DNA of 61,330 bases, filler included, from Nemertoderma westbladi (lineage: Eukaryota > Animalia > Xenacoelomorpha): assembly GCA_032718475.1 (NCBI GenBank). It is 3 parts of 3 records of this genome, joined end to end, with 100 filler letters (N's around TTAATTAATTAA, not from the genome) between each part and the next. Parts side by side here need not be neighbours in the genome. Positions count along the whole stretch, not along the records: positions 1 to 22,894 come from JAUCBJ010003355.1; positions 22,995 to 43,630 come from JAUCBJ010001477.1; 1 more part is not named here. One strand, given 5' to 3'. Numbering within the stretch: the first letter of the stretch is position 1; each line of letters starts with the position of its first letter. Below the pieces are notes generated by a model. That model worked only from the letters and a program-made list of their open reading frames with translations, was not told where the DNA came from and made no database searches. Made by a program: the position numbers and the translations under genes. Shown piece after piece: positions 11,525-24,198 of this stretch.

Positions 11525-12238
11525 ATGGATTGCGATGACAGCATTAACAATTGTATATCACTCTGTGAAGGTCACTTATCTTGTGTTGGACTTGACCTTG
11601 AAACTTTTACAGATGAGTTACTCACTCACACGGAAAGCACTACACGTCTCGACTTAACTTTCAACCGCCTCAAAGACCTCCAGCCTCTGGTTAGTTTCAC
11701 CAAGCTAACCGAACTAATCCTAGATAACAACTGGATCTCTGACAACACAATACTTACGTTTCCAAGGTTACCGCTCCTTCATACATTATCCCTTAACAAA
11801 AACCGCATCGTGGATCTGGGTCAGTTACTATGGCTGCTCAAGGAGTGTGTTCCATGTCTGTCCTACTTGAGTCTCATCGGAAATGAAGCCTGTCCTAACG
11901 AACTAAGTTCTCTTGAAGCCGGCGAGGAAGATTATCAACGTTACCGGTACAACGTGCTACGTCATCTACCCAAACTCGAGTTTCTCGATTCTCGAAGGGT
12001 TACGGAGAAAGAATGTCTTGCCAGTCAAATATTTGGTTCGTCTCTCGATCCAGTGAAGCCAGTTGATAACTCTGAACTCAATGAGGCCTCGAGTAAGGCT
12101 TGCGGTACCACTTATTCTCCTTTACCACATGTAAATAAACTAGATGGCGAACACCACGGCACGTTGGTGACTAGTCAGTATACATACCACGGCAAGCATT
12201 CCGAGGGGAATAGGTTCATTAGGAACAATGAGTTGTAA
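11525..12238 (+). CDS. LRMDA: Leucine-rich melanocyte differentiation-associated protein (C10orf11-like), intronless
   Basis: LRR motifs (LDLTFNRL, LILDNNWI, LSLNKNRI, LSLIGNEACP), the LRR cap EDYQRYRYNVL...LEFLDSRRV, and the diagnostic C-terminus YHGKHSEGNRFIRNNEL. Confidence 0.9.
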   Translation: MDCDDSINNCISLCEGHLSCVGLDLETFTDELLTHTESTTRLDLTFNRLKDLQPLVSFTKLTELILDNNWISDNTILTFPRLPLLHTLSLNKNRIVDLGQLLWLLKECVPCLSYLSLIGNEACPNELSSLEAGEEDYQRYRYNVLRHLPKLEFLDSRRVTEKECLASQIFGSSLDPVKPVDNSELNEASSKACGTTYSPLPHVNKLDGEHHGTLVTSQYTYHGKHSEGNRFIRNNEL

Positions 12239-12604
12239 CGACGCACAACAACACATGGTAGAAATTACCGGTACCGGTACCTTACTTAGTAGTGCGGATT
12301 GCAGGTTGAGCCACCCAATGTGACTGGTAACCATGGTATAACCAACAAATCGTAATTCCAAAACGCATCACCTGGCAACTGCAATTAGCTGCTTTTTCAA
12401 TAATATTATTTAATTCACAGATTTGTATTGCCGGTACTTTTTTTTTACAACAATGTCATGTTTACGACAAATATGTTTGTTTTGAAGGAAGTTGGGACAT
12501 CGCCTTAAACAGGCACACTTTGCAAAAAAGTTGGTAGATTTTTTAAAATATACTCACTTTATATAGTCCTACCATCAAACTATGCTGCATAATGTATTAT
12601 AATA

Positions 12605-13516
12605 CACCATGTTCTGGAATATAGTGTCGTTATTCAGGTACCTAGACCCCCCCCCCCCCCCCCCACCCCCAAAAAAAAAACTTTTCTACAAATCTTAATG
12701 GGATTGCATGAAATTTGAAATAGAGATAATTTCACCTCCCTCCTCCTCCTCCGTGGATGAGTCAGAATTTTTATTCTCGCTTTCATTCTTTAGCTACAAG
12801 CGTTTAAAAAAGGTGTCTCCGTCGATATTGCACCAGTTACACCGCAGTTATTCTTCAACCTTATAGTGATTTGTTGGTACTAGTGGAAAGCTGGCAATGT
12901 AAGGATTCCAAATATGTAACATAATCTGAATTTGGTTGGAAATAGCTGAGATATGAGCGTTAAAAAGTTGCATAGTTTTGCATCTGCATGAGGCTATTTT
13001 ATTCTATTAAATAAAAATACCATATTCTAGAACATTTTGTTTATTTATGAGTAGCTACATAATAGTATAAATTAAAGAGGTATTGCATTATTGCCCAGCT
13101 ACGTATTTGGATAAACAAAATGTTCTAGAATATGGTACATTAATTAAATAGAATAAATGGCCTGCTGGGGAAGCAAATACATGCAAAATTCGAATGCCCA
13201 TATCTCAGGTAATTCCCAACCAAATTCAAATAGTTTTACATATTTGGAATCCTTGCACGGTCAGCTTTCCACTAGTACCAACAAATCACTAAATATTTGA
13301 AGAATAACTGCGGTGTAACTGGTGCAATATCGACGGAGACACCTTTTTCAAACGCTTGTAGCTAAAGAATGAAAGCGAAAATAAAAATTCTGGCTCATTC
13401 AGCAAGGAGGGAGGACAAACTATCTCTGATTCAAATTTCAAATTAAGATTTGTGGAAAAATTTTGGGGGGGGGGGGCAGGTACCTGAATAACGACACTAT
13501 ATTCCAGGACATGGTG
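12605..13516. mobile_element. Foldback MITE, almost entirely palindromic
   Basis: Termini CACCATGTTCTGGAATATAGTGTCGTTATTCAGGTACCT and its reverse complement. The arms match inward to ~13060/13110. TA on both flanks. Confidence 0.85.
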
Positions 13517-14809
13517 TAAATACCCGACCTCGGGTGTCTGTCTGTCTGTAGGCCTATGGTGTATTTATAACGAACGATGGGGGGGGGGGGGGGAATTGCC
13601 GCGTTGGTCTTCACACGAAGATGCAAAGTGGTTCAAAAGTTAAAAGGAACTATATATAAAAAGAGATACATCAAAATGATGTAATTTATTGCAATAATTT
13701 CGGAAATTCCGCTAAATTTCTTAGATTGACTTAGGGTTAGCGTTTCTTACATGCAGGTTTAATTAGGAATGCCTGACCAACTAACCCTAACCAAAATAAT
13801 AAACGGAATAGGCCTATACCCGCCATAATATACAATCCTCCATAGCCTCAACAAATTCTGTATTGCTGTATTGGATTTGTAGCTGGACTTGAAACGTGAC
13901 TACCAATTTCACTATATTGCGTGTGTGCATCTACGTAAAACAATTGATGCAAGGCACATCACGCTATAATTTGAGCTGACATGACCAGAATAGGGTAAGA
14001 TGTTCTCATTGGATTGTAATTTAATAAGTAGGAATTGTGATCAGCATATTGACGCTGACAATCAACCCTTTGAAAATCTTCGTAATAGTAGATATGGTTT
14101 AAATCTTTTAAATGCGTTCATTCGCATTTTTCAATGTTATTCGATTTGATAAATAAATACCATTGGTTTAATTAATGATTTAAACCGCTGGTTTATTAAA
14201 TAAACTCTTGGTTTTAATGTAAAACCGGTTACTTCAGTGTGACATCCCGGGCGCCACTTCGACCCCTCGAAAATTTAACTGTAACCTTGTGCTATTGACT
14301 CTCGTTTATTGTTTTGGTTAGAATTTAATATGCTTATTCGGATCATCGTCCCATTCGGACCTTCGTCCTGGAACCGAAGGAAATATAAACTGAACCTGTT
14401 TGTTTTTATAAAACTCATGGGGTACAGGCAGTTACGGTGTCTCTGATTAGGCTTACTACCATTGGGTTGTTTACCTATTACTGTATCATGTAAGGGGGGG
14501 GGGGGGGGGGGATATATCGATATGATAACGATCGGTTACCTTGGTTACATAATTCATTGCCTACTGTAGTTAAATTATTGCTTTTCTTAATTATAATCAG
14601 TATTTTTGTTTTAATTATTTTTTTTCCAATATAAAAATACTAATTTAATTTCATAATTAATTATTTTCAACATCTATCATCTCCCTTTGAGGTCCGAATC
14701 AGGGTAAAGGATGTTTGCTCTGGTGTCTGTGTATCCCTAAGCAGTGCAACTTTCTACATTTAGTGCTTTCGCCAAACCAACATTATAGTGGTAACCTGTT
14801 CATTTCTAT

Positions 14810-17800
14810 AGAGCCATCAGTACAGTGTGTGTGATACTTTTAGAGCCATCAGTACAGTTATATGTGATACTTTTAGAGCCATCAGTACAGTTATGTGTGA
14901 TACTTTTAGGCCATCAGTAGAGTTATGTGTGATACTTTTAGAGCCATCAGTACAGTATGTGTGATACCTTTAGAGCCATCAGTATAGTTATGTGTGATAC
15001 TTTTAGACCCATCAGTACAGTTATGTGTGATACTCTTAGAGCCATCAGTACAGTTATGTGTGATACTTTTAGAGCCATCAGTACAGTTATGTGTGATACT
15101 TTTAGAGCCATCAGTACAGTATGTGTGATACTTTTAGAGCCATCAGTACAGTTATGTGTGATACTTTTAGAACCATCAGTACAGTTATGTGTGATACTTT
15201 TAGAGCCATCAGTACAGTTATGTGTGATACTTTTAGAGCCATCAGTACAGTGTGTGTGATACTTTTAGAGCCATCAGTACAGTGTGTGTGATACTTTTAG
15301 AGCCATCAGTACAGTGTGTGTGATACTTTTAGAGCCATCAGTACAGTTATATGTGATACTTTTAGAGCCATCAGTACAGTTATGTGTGATACTTTTAGGC
15401 CATCAGTAGAGTTATGTGTGATACTTTTAGAGCCATCAGTACAGTATGTGTGATACCTTTAGAGCCATCAGTATAGTTATGTGTGATACTTTTAGACCCA
15501 TCAGTACAGTTATGTGTGATACTCTTAGAGCCATCAGTACAGTTATGTGTGATACTTTTAGAGCCATCAGTACAGTTATGTGTGATACTTTTAGAGCCAT
15601 CAGTACAGTATGTGTGATACTTTTAGAGCCATCAGTACAGTTATGTGTGATACTTTTAGAACCATCAGTACAGTTATGTGTGATACTTTTAGAGCCATCA
15701 GTACAGTTATGTGTGATACTTTTAGAGCCATCAGTACAGTGTGTGTGATACTTTTAGAGCCATCAGTACAGTGTGTGTGATACTTTTAGAGCCATCAGTA
15801 CAGTGTGTGTGATACTTTTAGAGCCATCAGTACAGTGTGTGTGATACTTTTAGAGCCAACAGTACAGTTATATGTGATACTTTTAGAGCCATCAGTACAG
15901 TTATGTGTGATACTTTTAGAGCCATCAGTACAGTATGTGTGATACTTTTAGAGCCATCAGTACAGTTATGTGTGATACTTTTAGAACCATCAGTACAGTT
16001 ATGTGTGATACTTTTAGAGCCATCAGTACAGTTATGTGTGATACTTTTAGAGCCATCATTACAGTGTGTGTGATACTTTTAGAGCCATCAGTACAGTTAT
16101 GTGTGATACTTTTAGAGCCATCAGTACAGTTATGTGTGATACTTTTAGAGCCATTAGTACAGTATGTGTTTTATTTTTAGAGCCAGTAGTACAGTTATGT
16201 GTGATACTTTTAGAGCCATCAGTACAGTATGTGTGATACTTTTAGAGCCATCAGTACAGTATGTGTTTTATTTTTAGAACCATCAGTGCAGTTATGTGTG
16301 ATACTTTTAGAGCCATCAGTACAGTTATGTGTGATACTTTTAGAGTCATCAGTAGAGTTATGTGTGATACTTTTAGAGCCATCAGTACAGTATGTGTGAT
16401 ACTTTTAGAGCCATCAGTACAGTAAGTGTGATACTTTTAGAGCCATCAGTACTGTATGTGTGATACTTTTAGAGCCATCAGTACAGTAAGTGTGATACTT
16501 TTAGAGCCATCGGTACAGTTATGTGTGATACTTTTATAGCCAGCAGTACAGTTATGTGTGATACTTTTAGAGCCATCGTTACAGTATGTGTGATACTTTT
16601 AGAGCCATCAGTACAGTAAGTGTGATTTAGAGCCATCAGTACAGTTATGTGTGATACTTTTAGAGCCATCAGTACAGTTATGTGTGATACTTTTAGAGCC
16701 ATCAGTACAGTAAGTGTGATACTTTTAGAGCCATCAGTACAGTAAGTGTGATTTAGAGCCATCAGTACAGTTATGTGTGATACTTTTAGAGCCATCAGTA
16801 CAGTATGTGTGATACTTTTAGAGCCATCAGTACTGTAAGTGTGATTTAGAGCCATCAGTACAGTTATGTGTGATACTTTTAGAGCCATCAGTACAATTAT
16901 GTGTGATACTTTTAGAGCCAGCAGTACTGTATGTGTGATACTTTTAGAGCCATCAGTACAGTATGTGTGATACTTTTAGAGCCATCGGTACAGTTATGTG
17001 TGATACTTTTAGAGCCATCAGTACAGTTATGTGTGATACTTTTAGAGCCAGCAGTACTGTATGTGTGATACTTTTAGAGCCATCAGTACAGTATGTGTGA
17101 TACTTTTAGAGCCATCGTTACAGTTATGTGTGATACTTTTAGAGCCATCAGTACAGTTATGTGTGATACTTTTAGAGCCATCAGTACAGTTATGTGTGAT
17201 ACTTTTAGAGCCAGCAGTACTGTATGTGTGATACTTTTAGAGCCATCAGTACAGTATGTGTGATACTTTTAGAGCCATCAGTACAGTTATGTGTGATACT
17301 TTTAGAGCCATCAGTACAGTATGTGTGATACTTTTAGAGCCATCAGTACAGTACGGTTATGTGTGATACTTTTAGAGCCATCAGTACAGTATGTGTTTTA
17401 TTTTTAGAACCATCAGTGCAGTTATGTGTGATACTTTTAGAGCCATCAGTACAGTTATGTGTGATACTTTTAGAGTCATCAGTAGAGTTATGTGTGATAC
17501 TTTTAGAGCCATCAGTACAGTATGTGTGATACTTTTAGAGCCATCAGTACAGTAAGTGTGATACTTTCAGAGCCATCAGTACTGTATGTGTGATACTTTT
17601 AGAGCCATCAGTACAGTAAGTGTGATACTTTTAGAGCCATCGTTACAGTTATGTGTGATACTTTTAGAGCCATCAGTACAGTTATGTGTGATACTTTTAG
17701 AGCCATCAGTACAGTTATGTGTGATACTTTTAGAGCCAGCAGTACTGTATGTGTGATACTTTTAGAGCCATCAGTACAGTATGTGTGATACTTTTAGAGC

Positions 17801-17995
17801 CATCAGTACAGTTATGTTTGATACTTTTAGAGCCATCAGTACAGTATGTGTGATACTTTTAGAGCCATCAGTACGGTTATGTGTGATACTTTTAGAGCCA
17901 TCAGTACAGTTATGTGTGATACTTTTAGAGCCATCAGTACAGCTATGTGTGATACTTTTAGAGCCATCAGTACAGTTATTTGTGATACTTTTAGA
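14810..17995. repeat. Satellite, 32-33-bp unit AGAGCCATCAGTACAGTTATGTGTGATACTTTT
   Basis: About 3.2 kb of direct tandem copies with no unique spacers. Confidence 0.97.
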
Positions 17996-18830
17996 ATCTA
18001 TATAGGAGATAAAATTTTACCAGATTTGATTGACATGACGATTTCTTGGTGTTGGAGATCGTCAAATCAATTAGTTAACTAAGTGAATTGAGAGTTGTGG
18101 TATTAATTCCGATTCCGAACAGGACAAGTATTCAATATTGTACTCGCCCAAACACAGTTACATACTCAGGGTTCCAATCATTGAATTTGAATGGATTCTG
18201 TGATATTTTGAGAAATACGTTGTTGGTACCATTGGATAGAGCTGAGATGGCTTGGATTGTAAAACGCTTTTAGGGACATGTTATAACCCCCTCCACTCAC
18301 TTCGACACAATTTTTTTCTAAAATTAATTATTTTATTTCACTACAAATAGCTATCCGCCACTATTAATAACTGAATTTCCATTAAAAATATTGAAACCGC
18401 ATGCAGCAGTTATTATTTCAAAATTTATACATTACTTAACGCCACTAGAGTATAGTCAATAGTCATGCCAGTGATGATTTATAGTGGTAATAGTATTTTT
18501 GCCGTGGTAAAAAATAGAAATTACCCCCCTAAGAAATGCAGAAGCTGCGAGATAATAATTGGCATATTGGTCTGACTGAAAGTTTGTCTCCAAACGTAAA
18601 GCATAGGCTACTGTAATTCCTGAAATTTTATGACGTCGCACATCAGTTTTTTCCATTTCTGAACAACTTATTACAATATTATGACGTCGGACATCGTGTC
18701 AAATTGAAAGGCATAGAATTGGATTGTAGCGCAGCTACTCTGAGATAATTAATATTGTAACCTGGTTATTTGTTTATTAAATATAATTAACGTATTCGAG
18801 CTGTAAGAAACGCAGACATATTTAATAAGC

Positions 18831-18877
18831 ACTACTACTGTACTACTACGATCGGCATGCTGCATTGCAGCTGCATT
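18831..18877 (-). mobile_element. Tiny 3'-end fragment of the RTE-type LINE found at 27836-32038
   Basis: ACTACTAC...GATCGGCATGCTGCATTGCAGCTGCATT matches the LINE 3' end and tail at 27839-27880. Confidence 0.75.
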
Positions 18878-18957
18878 ATATATAATATATTACATAATTA
18901 ATTGTACCGTTATAATCGGATTGAAAACAACCGTGAGGGCAAGATCCGGTTTGTAAA

Positions 18958-19183
18958 TATAATAACAATAATATGCTATAAAGCAAAATATAAACCAATA
19001 TCTTACAAAAAGAAAATTTTTCTTTTACAAATTTTCGACTCGACATGAGTCTTATTCATGTATTTATGTTATTAATAAATACATGAATAAGACTCATGTC
19101 GAGTCGAAAATTTGGAAAAAAAAATTTTCTTTTTGTAAGATATTGGTTTTTATTTTGCTTTATAGCATATTATTGTTATTATA
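18958..19183. repeat. Near-perfect palindrome (~110-bp arms), Penelope pLTR-like, each arm with a hammerhead-like motif
   Basis: The arms meet at ~19066-19076. Motif ATGAATAA-GACTC-ATGTC-GAGTC-GAAA at 19083-19109, with its mirror at ~19033-19059. Confidence 0.7.
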
Positions 19184-19584
19184 ATATATTACATATATAA
19201 ATCACAAATAAAGTGGTCCTTCCAACCTTGAGTCGTTCAGCTAGATAATTAGCACTAATTACTATAAATAAAAGTCCTTTAGTAAAATTTTTACTTTAAT
19301 AATTAAGATTACGTTATAATTATTTGTGGTAAATAAATTAATGTTGCTGACACAAACTTTTTTAAACCTTGTACATAATTTATTAAAATATAGGTATCAC
19401 ATTACCTATGTCTATGTAAGGGTAGAATCGATTCTAGTTTTATTAGCTTTCATTTATGTTCTGGAATATATTATAATATATATTTAGCAAATTTCAATTA
19501 GTCGTTAGCCCCATATATCCATACATACACATACAGTACTTTATTTATTTGTGTGGAATTAATTTCGCACTACCAAATCGCCAG

Positions 19585-21659
19585 GGGTGGGTTGCTGGAC
19601 GCCCTACTTAAACCCTATTAGTTAAAAGCGCTTTTAAAAAACTTTAAATAACGCTATTAGCTTAATAAGGTTGCTTGACACCTTTTTAACCTAAAAGCAC
19701 TTTTAGTCTGCTAAAAGCGCTTTTAGTAAGACAACTATTTTCTATGGAGCCACTAATAGGGGTTAAAAGTTTCTTCGAAGCACCTTTTAGTTGCTATTAA
19801 AGGCTATAAGAATAATGCATTATATATTTTTGTAACATAACATCATTAATATCGTGTCATTTTTTGTGGCCACATTTGTTCTAGAACAATGAATATATCA
19901 ATGTTTAATGTCAAATATATTCTAGAATAATCATACTATACTAGAACCAATATTAGAAGTTATAATGATCATTAAAGGTGACTACGAAGTCCAAAAAACG
20001 TAGAGGGTTGACTCCATGCCGATATATTACCCTAATTAGATTCTAGAAATATATTATTTCGTATTATTTAATGTTTTTATTTCGGTATCTTACACATATG
20101 CAAGTTTATTTTTTATTATGTCAGTTGCATTTGATGTTGATGCTTGATAACATAACGCAAATGTAGTTAAATCGTGAGCGCGTATTAAGAAGTAAAGACA
20201 ACCCATTTGAGGTTTTCAGTGACAAAGAACTTATCCAAAGGTTTCGGTTTGATAAATCAGCTATTATAGACATTTCAGATATCATTGGCCACGATTTTAA
20301 GAGATATGATTAATTAATACATAATTAATATTTATTTATTAATTCAACTTTTTACTTTTATTATATTATTTATTGACGCGGGGGTGGTCTAACGCATTCC
20401 ACTAGACAGGCTCGTTCTTTGTCATTCCATGCTGGCTTTCTATTTCTTTTCGCCATCTTAATGTCTAAGTTAGTATGTAGTATAATGAGAGTCTCAGTCG
20501 TATATTTAGGCAAGTCAATCTATCATAAGACCCAAAATATATTTCCTTCCTATCATAAATTTTAGTGACAGAAAAATTTATTTTCTAATCACATTTTCTA
20601 CATTTCTATGCTCGAACGCAGATCGAATACTGTAGGACCGTAGTAAATACATGCAGTACATATAATTTATATTAAATTATGTAAATAAATAAATCAATTT
20701 ATAAACGCAAAAGTATATCTCTGTCATTGCGTTATAAAAGTTTTAGTTTTAAGTTAAGGAGTTTATAGTCGAGTAGACAGTACCGACCACCGTTCAAATT
20801 GGGTATGACTGCAGTTTTTTTTGCTGAAAGTGTTAACTTGTATAAACCATTTTAAATTATGTTATATTTCACATAGTCCGCATTGAGCAATTTTTTCTAG
20901 AACACTATTTATCTTAACGACAGATGTTTTACATAGCAACAATAATGAATTAACACGCAGGGGTATATTTATCTATTTAGACACTGGTCAATCATAAATA
21001 AGGAGAAACCAAGCTTGAGAAAATAAAAATGTAAGGAATAAGGATTATGTTTGCAGTTATGAGTTACAAATTTTGTAACATTGCAGTGTTATGGCAAACA
21101 CTGTTACTGGTAGTGAACTTGTAATACATACAAGGCTCGGTGTGCAATTTGGAGCTCTTAACTGTGGCCAAGTAATGCACCGACATACCAGCTGTCTGTC
21201 AGGAATATATGCTGTCAGCACCCTAACTCTCGCTAGACATGTATCCTCAAGAACTGGTGGAAAATATGTTGGAAATATGTTAATTCGAATGTGGACTATT
21301 AGTTTTAGCTTTTGTTTAGTTTTTGTTTACACGTTTTCCCCTTCTTTTCCTAGATTGAATGGACTACTTGTGGGCCTTTATTATTTTTTACAATTAATAT
21401 TTAATACTCAAACTTGAATTCTAGAAATAGTGATAGTGATAGAGTTATAGTGATGAGATGGTATTATTTATTATTTAATTACTAATAGCGCTATTAAAGC
21501 CCTATTAGCACTAATATTCCTATTAGTAAAAAGGGCTATTAATAATGTTTCAGGCAACGCTTTTTAAAGTCGCTATTTTACTAATAGCACTATTAGTGCT
21601 AATAACCCTTTTAATCCTAATAGCGCTTTTCCACTAATAGCGCGTCCAGCAACCCACCC
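19585..21659. mobile_element. PIF/Harbinger internal-deletion derivative
   Basis: TIR GGGTGGGTTGCTGGACGC...GCGTCCAGCAACCCACCC with 3-bp TSD CAG. It holds a HARBI1-like N-terminal fragment (RSKDNPFEVFSDKELIQRFRFDKSAI, + strand ~20188-20304) and a convergent Myb/SANT-like start (MAKRNRKPAWNDKERACLVECVR, - strand from 20456). Confidence 0.88.
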
Positions 21660-22366
21660 CAGGGCGACATATTTTCCAGGTTTATATCGCAGTGCGACAT
21701 TATTTCTCAGTATGTCCCTACGCCATACATTACTATGTATTTCCAATATATCCTGTATGTCATCGCGTCATTATTCGGATGTTCTAGAAAGTTTGAGCGC
21801 ATAAATACAAATAATTCACCAAAAATAAATAAAATTAGATTCGCCATTGTTAATAATTAGCACATTAAAGCTTTTACGGCCGTCGTTTTATTATGTCCCT
21901 CGCTGTGGCTCGGGAAACAAAATCACTCGTGCCGTAACGCTATAAAGTGCAATTTTATGAACAATGACGTATATAGTTACAGTAGTACGTTATGTTAACA
22001 TGCCTTTTATTTAATAATTCCGGTACAATTCTTATGGAACTTATTCAATATTTCGTTAATTTTAATTTTTTATTTAAATTTTCATTTAATAGTGTGCTAT
22101 TGAAAGTAATCAATATTATATTATATTGAATTGAATTTTGAAATTTCATGACATTTACATGAAAAATATGCCACTATAATTCAAATTATTAGACGGCATC
22201 ACGTCAATTTAAAGTTTTGCGTCTGGTTCGTAAAACAATATGCCGCCTAAAACTAAAAAACCAAATCTAAAAACCTAAACCTAAAACCAAATCACATAAA
22301 TTTAGCCAACCAAGTTTGTAGTCTTATAAATAGTGACCTTTGGGTTGCAGAATTGGGATGGTGTGA

Positions 22367-22755
22367 AAATTTATGCTAATTTTTAGGTTTGTTATAAATA
22401 GTATTAAATTTTATTAACAAAAATGTCGAAAAGTTGTCTGATACTTTTATGCAGGGTGGCTATGTAGACATCCACAGAAAGTTTCAGACTAATTGCTCTA
22501 AAAATATAGATGTAGTAGGGTTTTGAAGTTGACAATCTCATAAATAAAATATTTGGAGATAATCGACCTTTCATTATAAATAGTAATAGTAATTTCAATA
22601 GGATTCCCTAAATGGAAATTGTTATAACTTGAAAACTAAAAGAGCTATTAAATGGCGGTTTTCAGATTTGGAAACACCATTCAATGCTGCATTATAATAG
22701 ACCATAAAAAAAATTTCGACATATTTTGGAACAAAATGGTGTACCCCCTCCTTAA
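22367..22755. mobile_element. Right half of the same Kolobok-like MITE family as 29387-30105
   Basis: Highly similar to 29711-30109; ends AAAATGGTGTACCCCCTCC-TTAA. Confidence 0.8.
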
Positions 22756-22894
22756 GCTTAATAATACAGCTTTATCCTAAACATCAACTCAACACCGTAC
22801 CTGCGCACAATTCGCTAAACTTTAGAATTGAAATCACAAAATATAAAAAACCATTTCGTACGAATCCGTAGTTTACCTTAATTGGACAAGCTGG

Positions 22895-22994
22895 NNNNNN
22901 NNNNNNNNNNNNNNNNNNNNNNNNNNNNNNNNNNNNNNTTAATTAATTAANNNNNNNNNNNNNNNNNNNNNNNNNNNNNNNNNNNNNNNNNNNN
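22895..22994. other. Assembly spacer (N44-TTAATTAATTAA-N44)
   Basis: Artificial 100-bp linker with stop codons in all six frames. Confidence 0.97.
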
Positions 22995-24018
22995 AATAGT
23001 ACATAAATGTAGATAATTATTCTTCCCCCAAAAAACCAAGCCCCTTTTTTATGACCTGCCCCACCAACAAATCCCTCTTAGATTTGTTAATTAACCATGT
23101 CGGTGTGGAAACGTTACGCGGGAAAATAACTGCGGTTGGGTAATAACTGTCTTATTACCGTAGTTTTGAGTTATTTTCCCGGTTATTTTGCCCGCGGAGC
23201 AGGATACAACCCAAGGGCCGCAGGCCCGAGGGTTGTCATATCTAAATATAGATATGAAAAAATTACGCTAATTATGAAAAATGGCAAGTATAGGCCTATG
23301 GGTGGTGCGATTTCGCAAAAGATACTTTTTTAAAATGCTTATAACTCTATAAAAAAAATTTTAAGGCGAAATCGAAAATTCCGGTAAATATAATGGTAAC
23401 AACCACGGTGAGTTGAACTCGTTGTATTTGAACTATGAAATATAAAATATAATATATATAACAATACATAACAAATAATACATAATACATATCCCATCCC
23501 ACAAGGTGAACTTCTATTGTCTCTCACCTACAGTATTGAGCTATTTTTAGCTTCGTTACTAAGGGGTGAGAATATAACTTCCCATTTCTATTGGTTTATA
23601 TAGTGGTACTGGGCTATTAGTGAATGGTGTATGTACAAACAGTACAGCAAAGTGTGTTATATCTACTGTAAACTATGTGAAATCTGTGATACACAGAGAA
23701 TATCACCTGTTCTAGGAGTGATATACGATATATCAACCTGAAGCAAATAAACCTGTATAACTACCGAGGCCGAAGGCCGAGGTTGATATTGTTCGTGACA
23801 CCGAACCCGCTCCACAATTTAGTATTTTCCTCTTGAATTTTTTTATTATAGCTAGTAATTGTTGCTTTTTGTATAGAAATCGTTCTAGAATATGCTAGCT
23901 CTTTATTTTGAAAAAATGAACCCTCAGTTACAAATATTTTTTATTCCAAAACAGATTTTGGAAAAATATCTTGGTTATATTTTAAACACATGGGAATGAT
24001 TAATTACACACCACCTAA

Positions 24019-24198
24019 GGGCGCGTTCATACATACGAGTCAAAGTCAAAAGAAAATAAATGTAGCTAGAAATAATAAATAATAATACATTATATAATAT
24101 AATACATAAACAGATAAGGGCAAAGGGCATTCTATAAAAAAGCATATTGTGTTTTACATTTTGTATTTTGACTTTGACTCGGTTGTGTGAACGTGGCC
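24019..24198. mobile_element. Tourist/Harbinger-type MITE
   Basis: TIR GGGCGCGTTCATAC...GTGTGAACGTGGCC extended by CGAGTCAAAGTCAAAA/TTTTGACTTTGACTCG, with TAA TSD. Confidence 0.8.

Noticed and set aside
14810-17995. CRISPR-like appearance and short ORFs (MCDTFRAISTV...) in the 33-bp array
   Set aside because: The repeats are head-to-tail with no unique spacers, there are no cas genes, and the context is eukaryotic. The ORFs are translations of the repeat.
22895-22994. TTAATTAATTAA palindrome within N runs (also 43631-43730)
   Set aside because: It is an artificial linker. Adjacency of the three segments should not be interpreted biologically.
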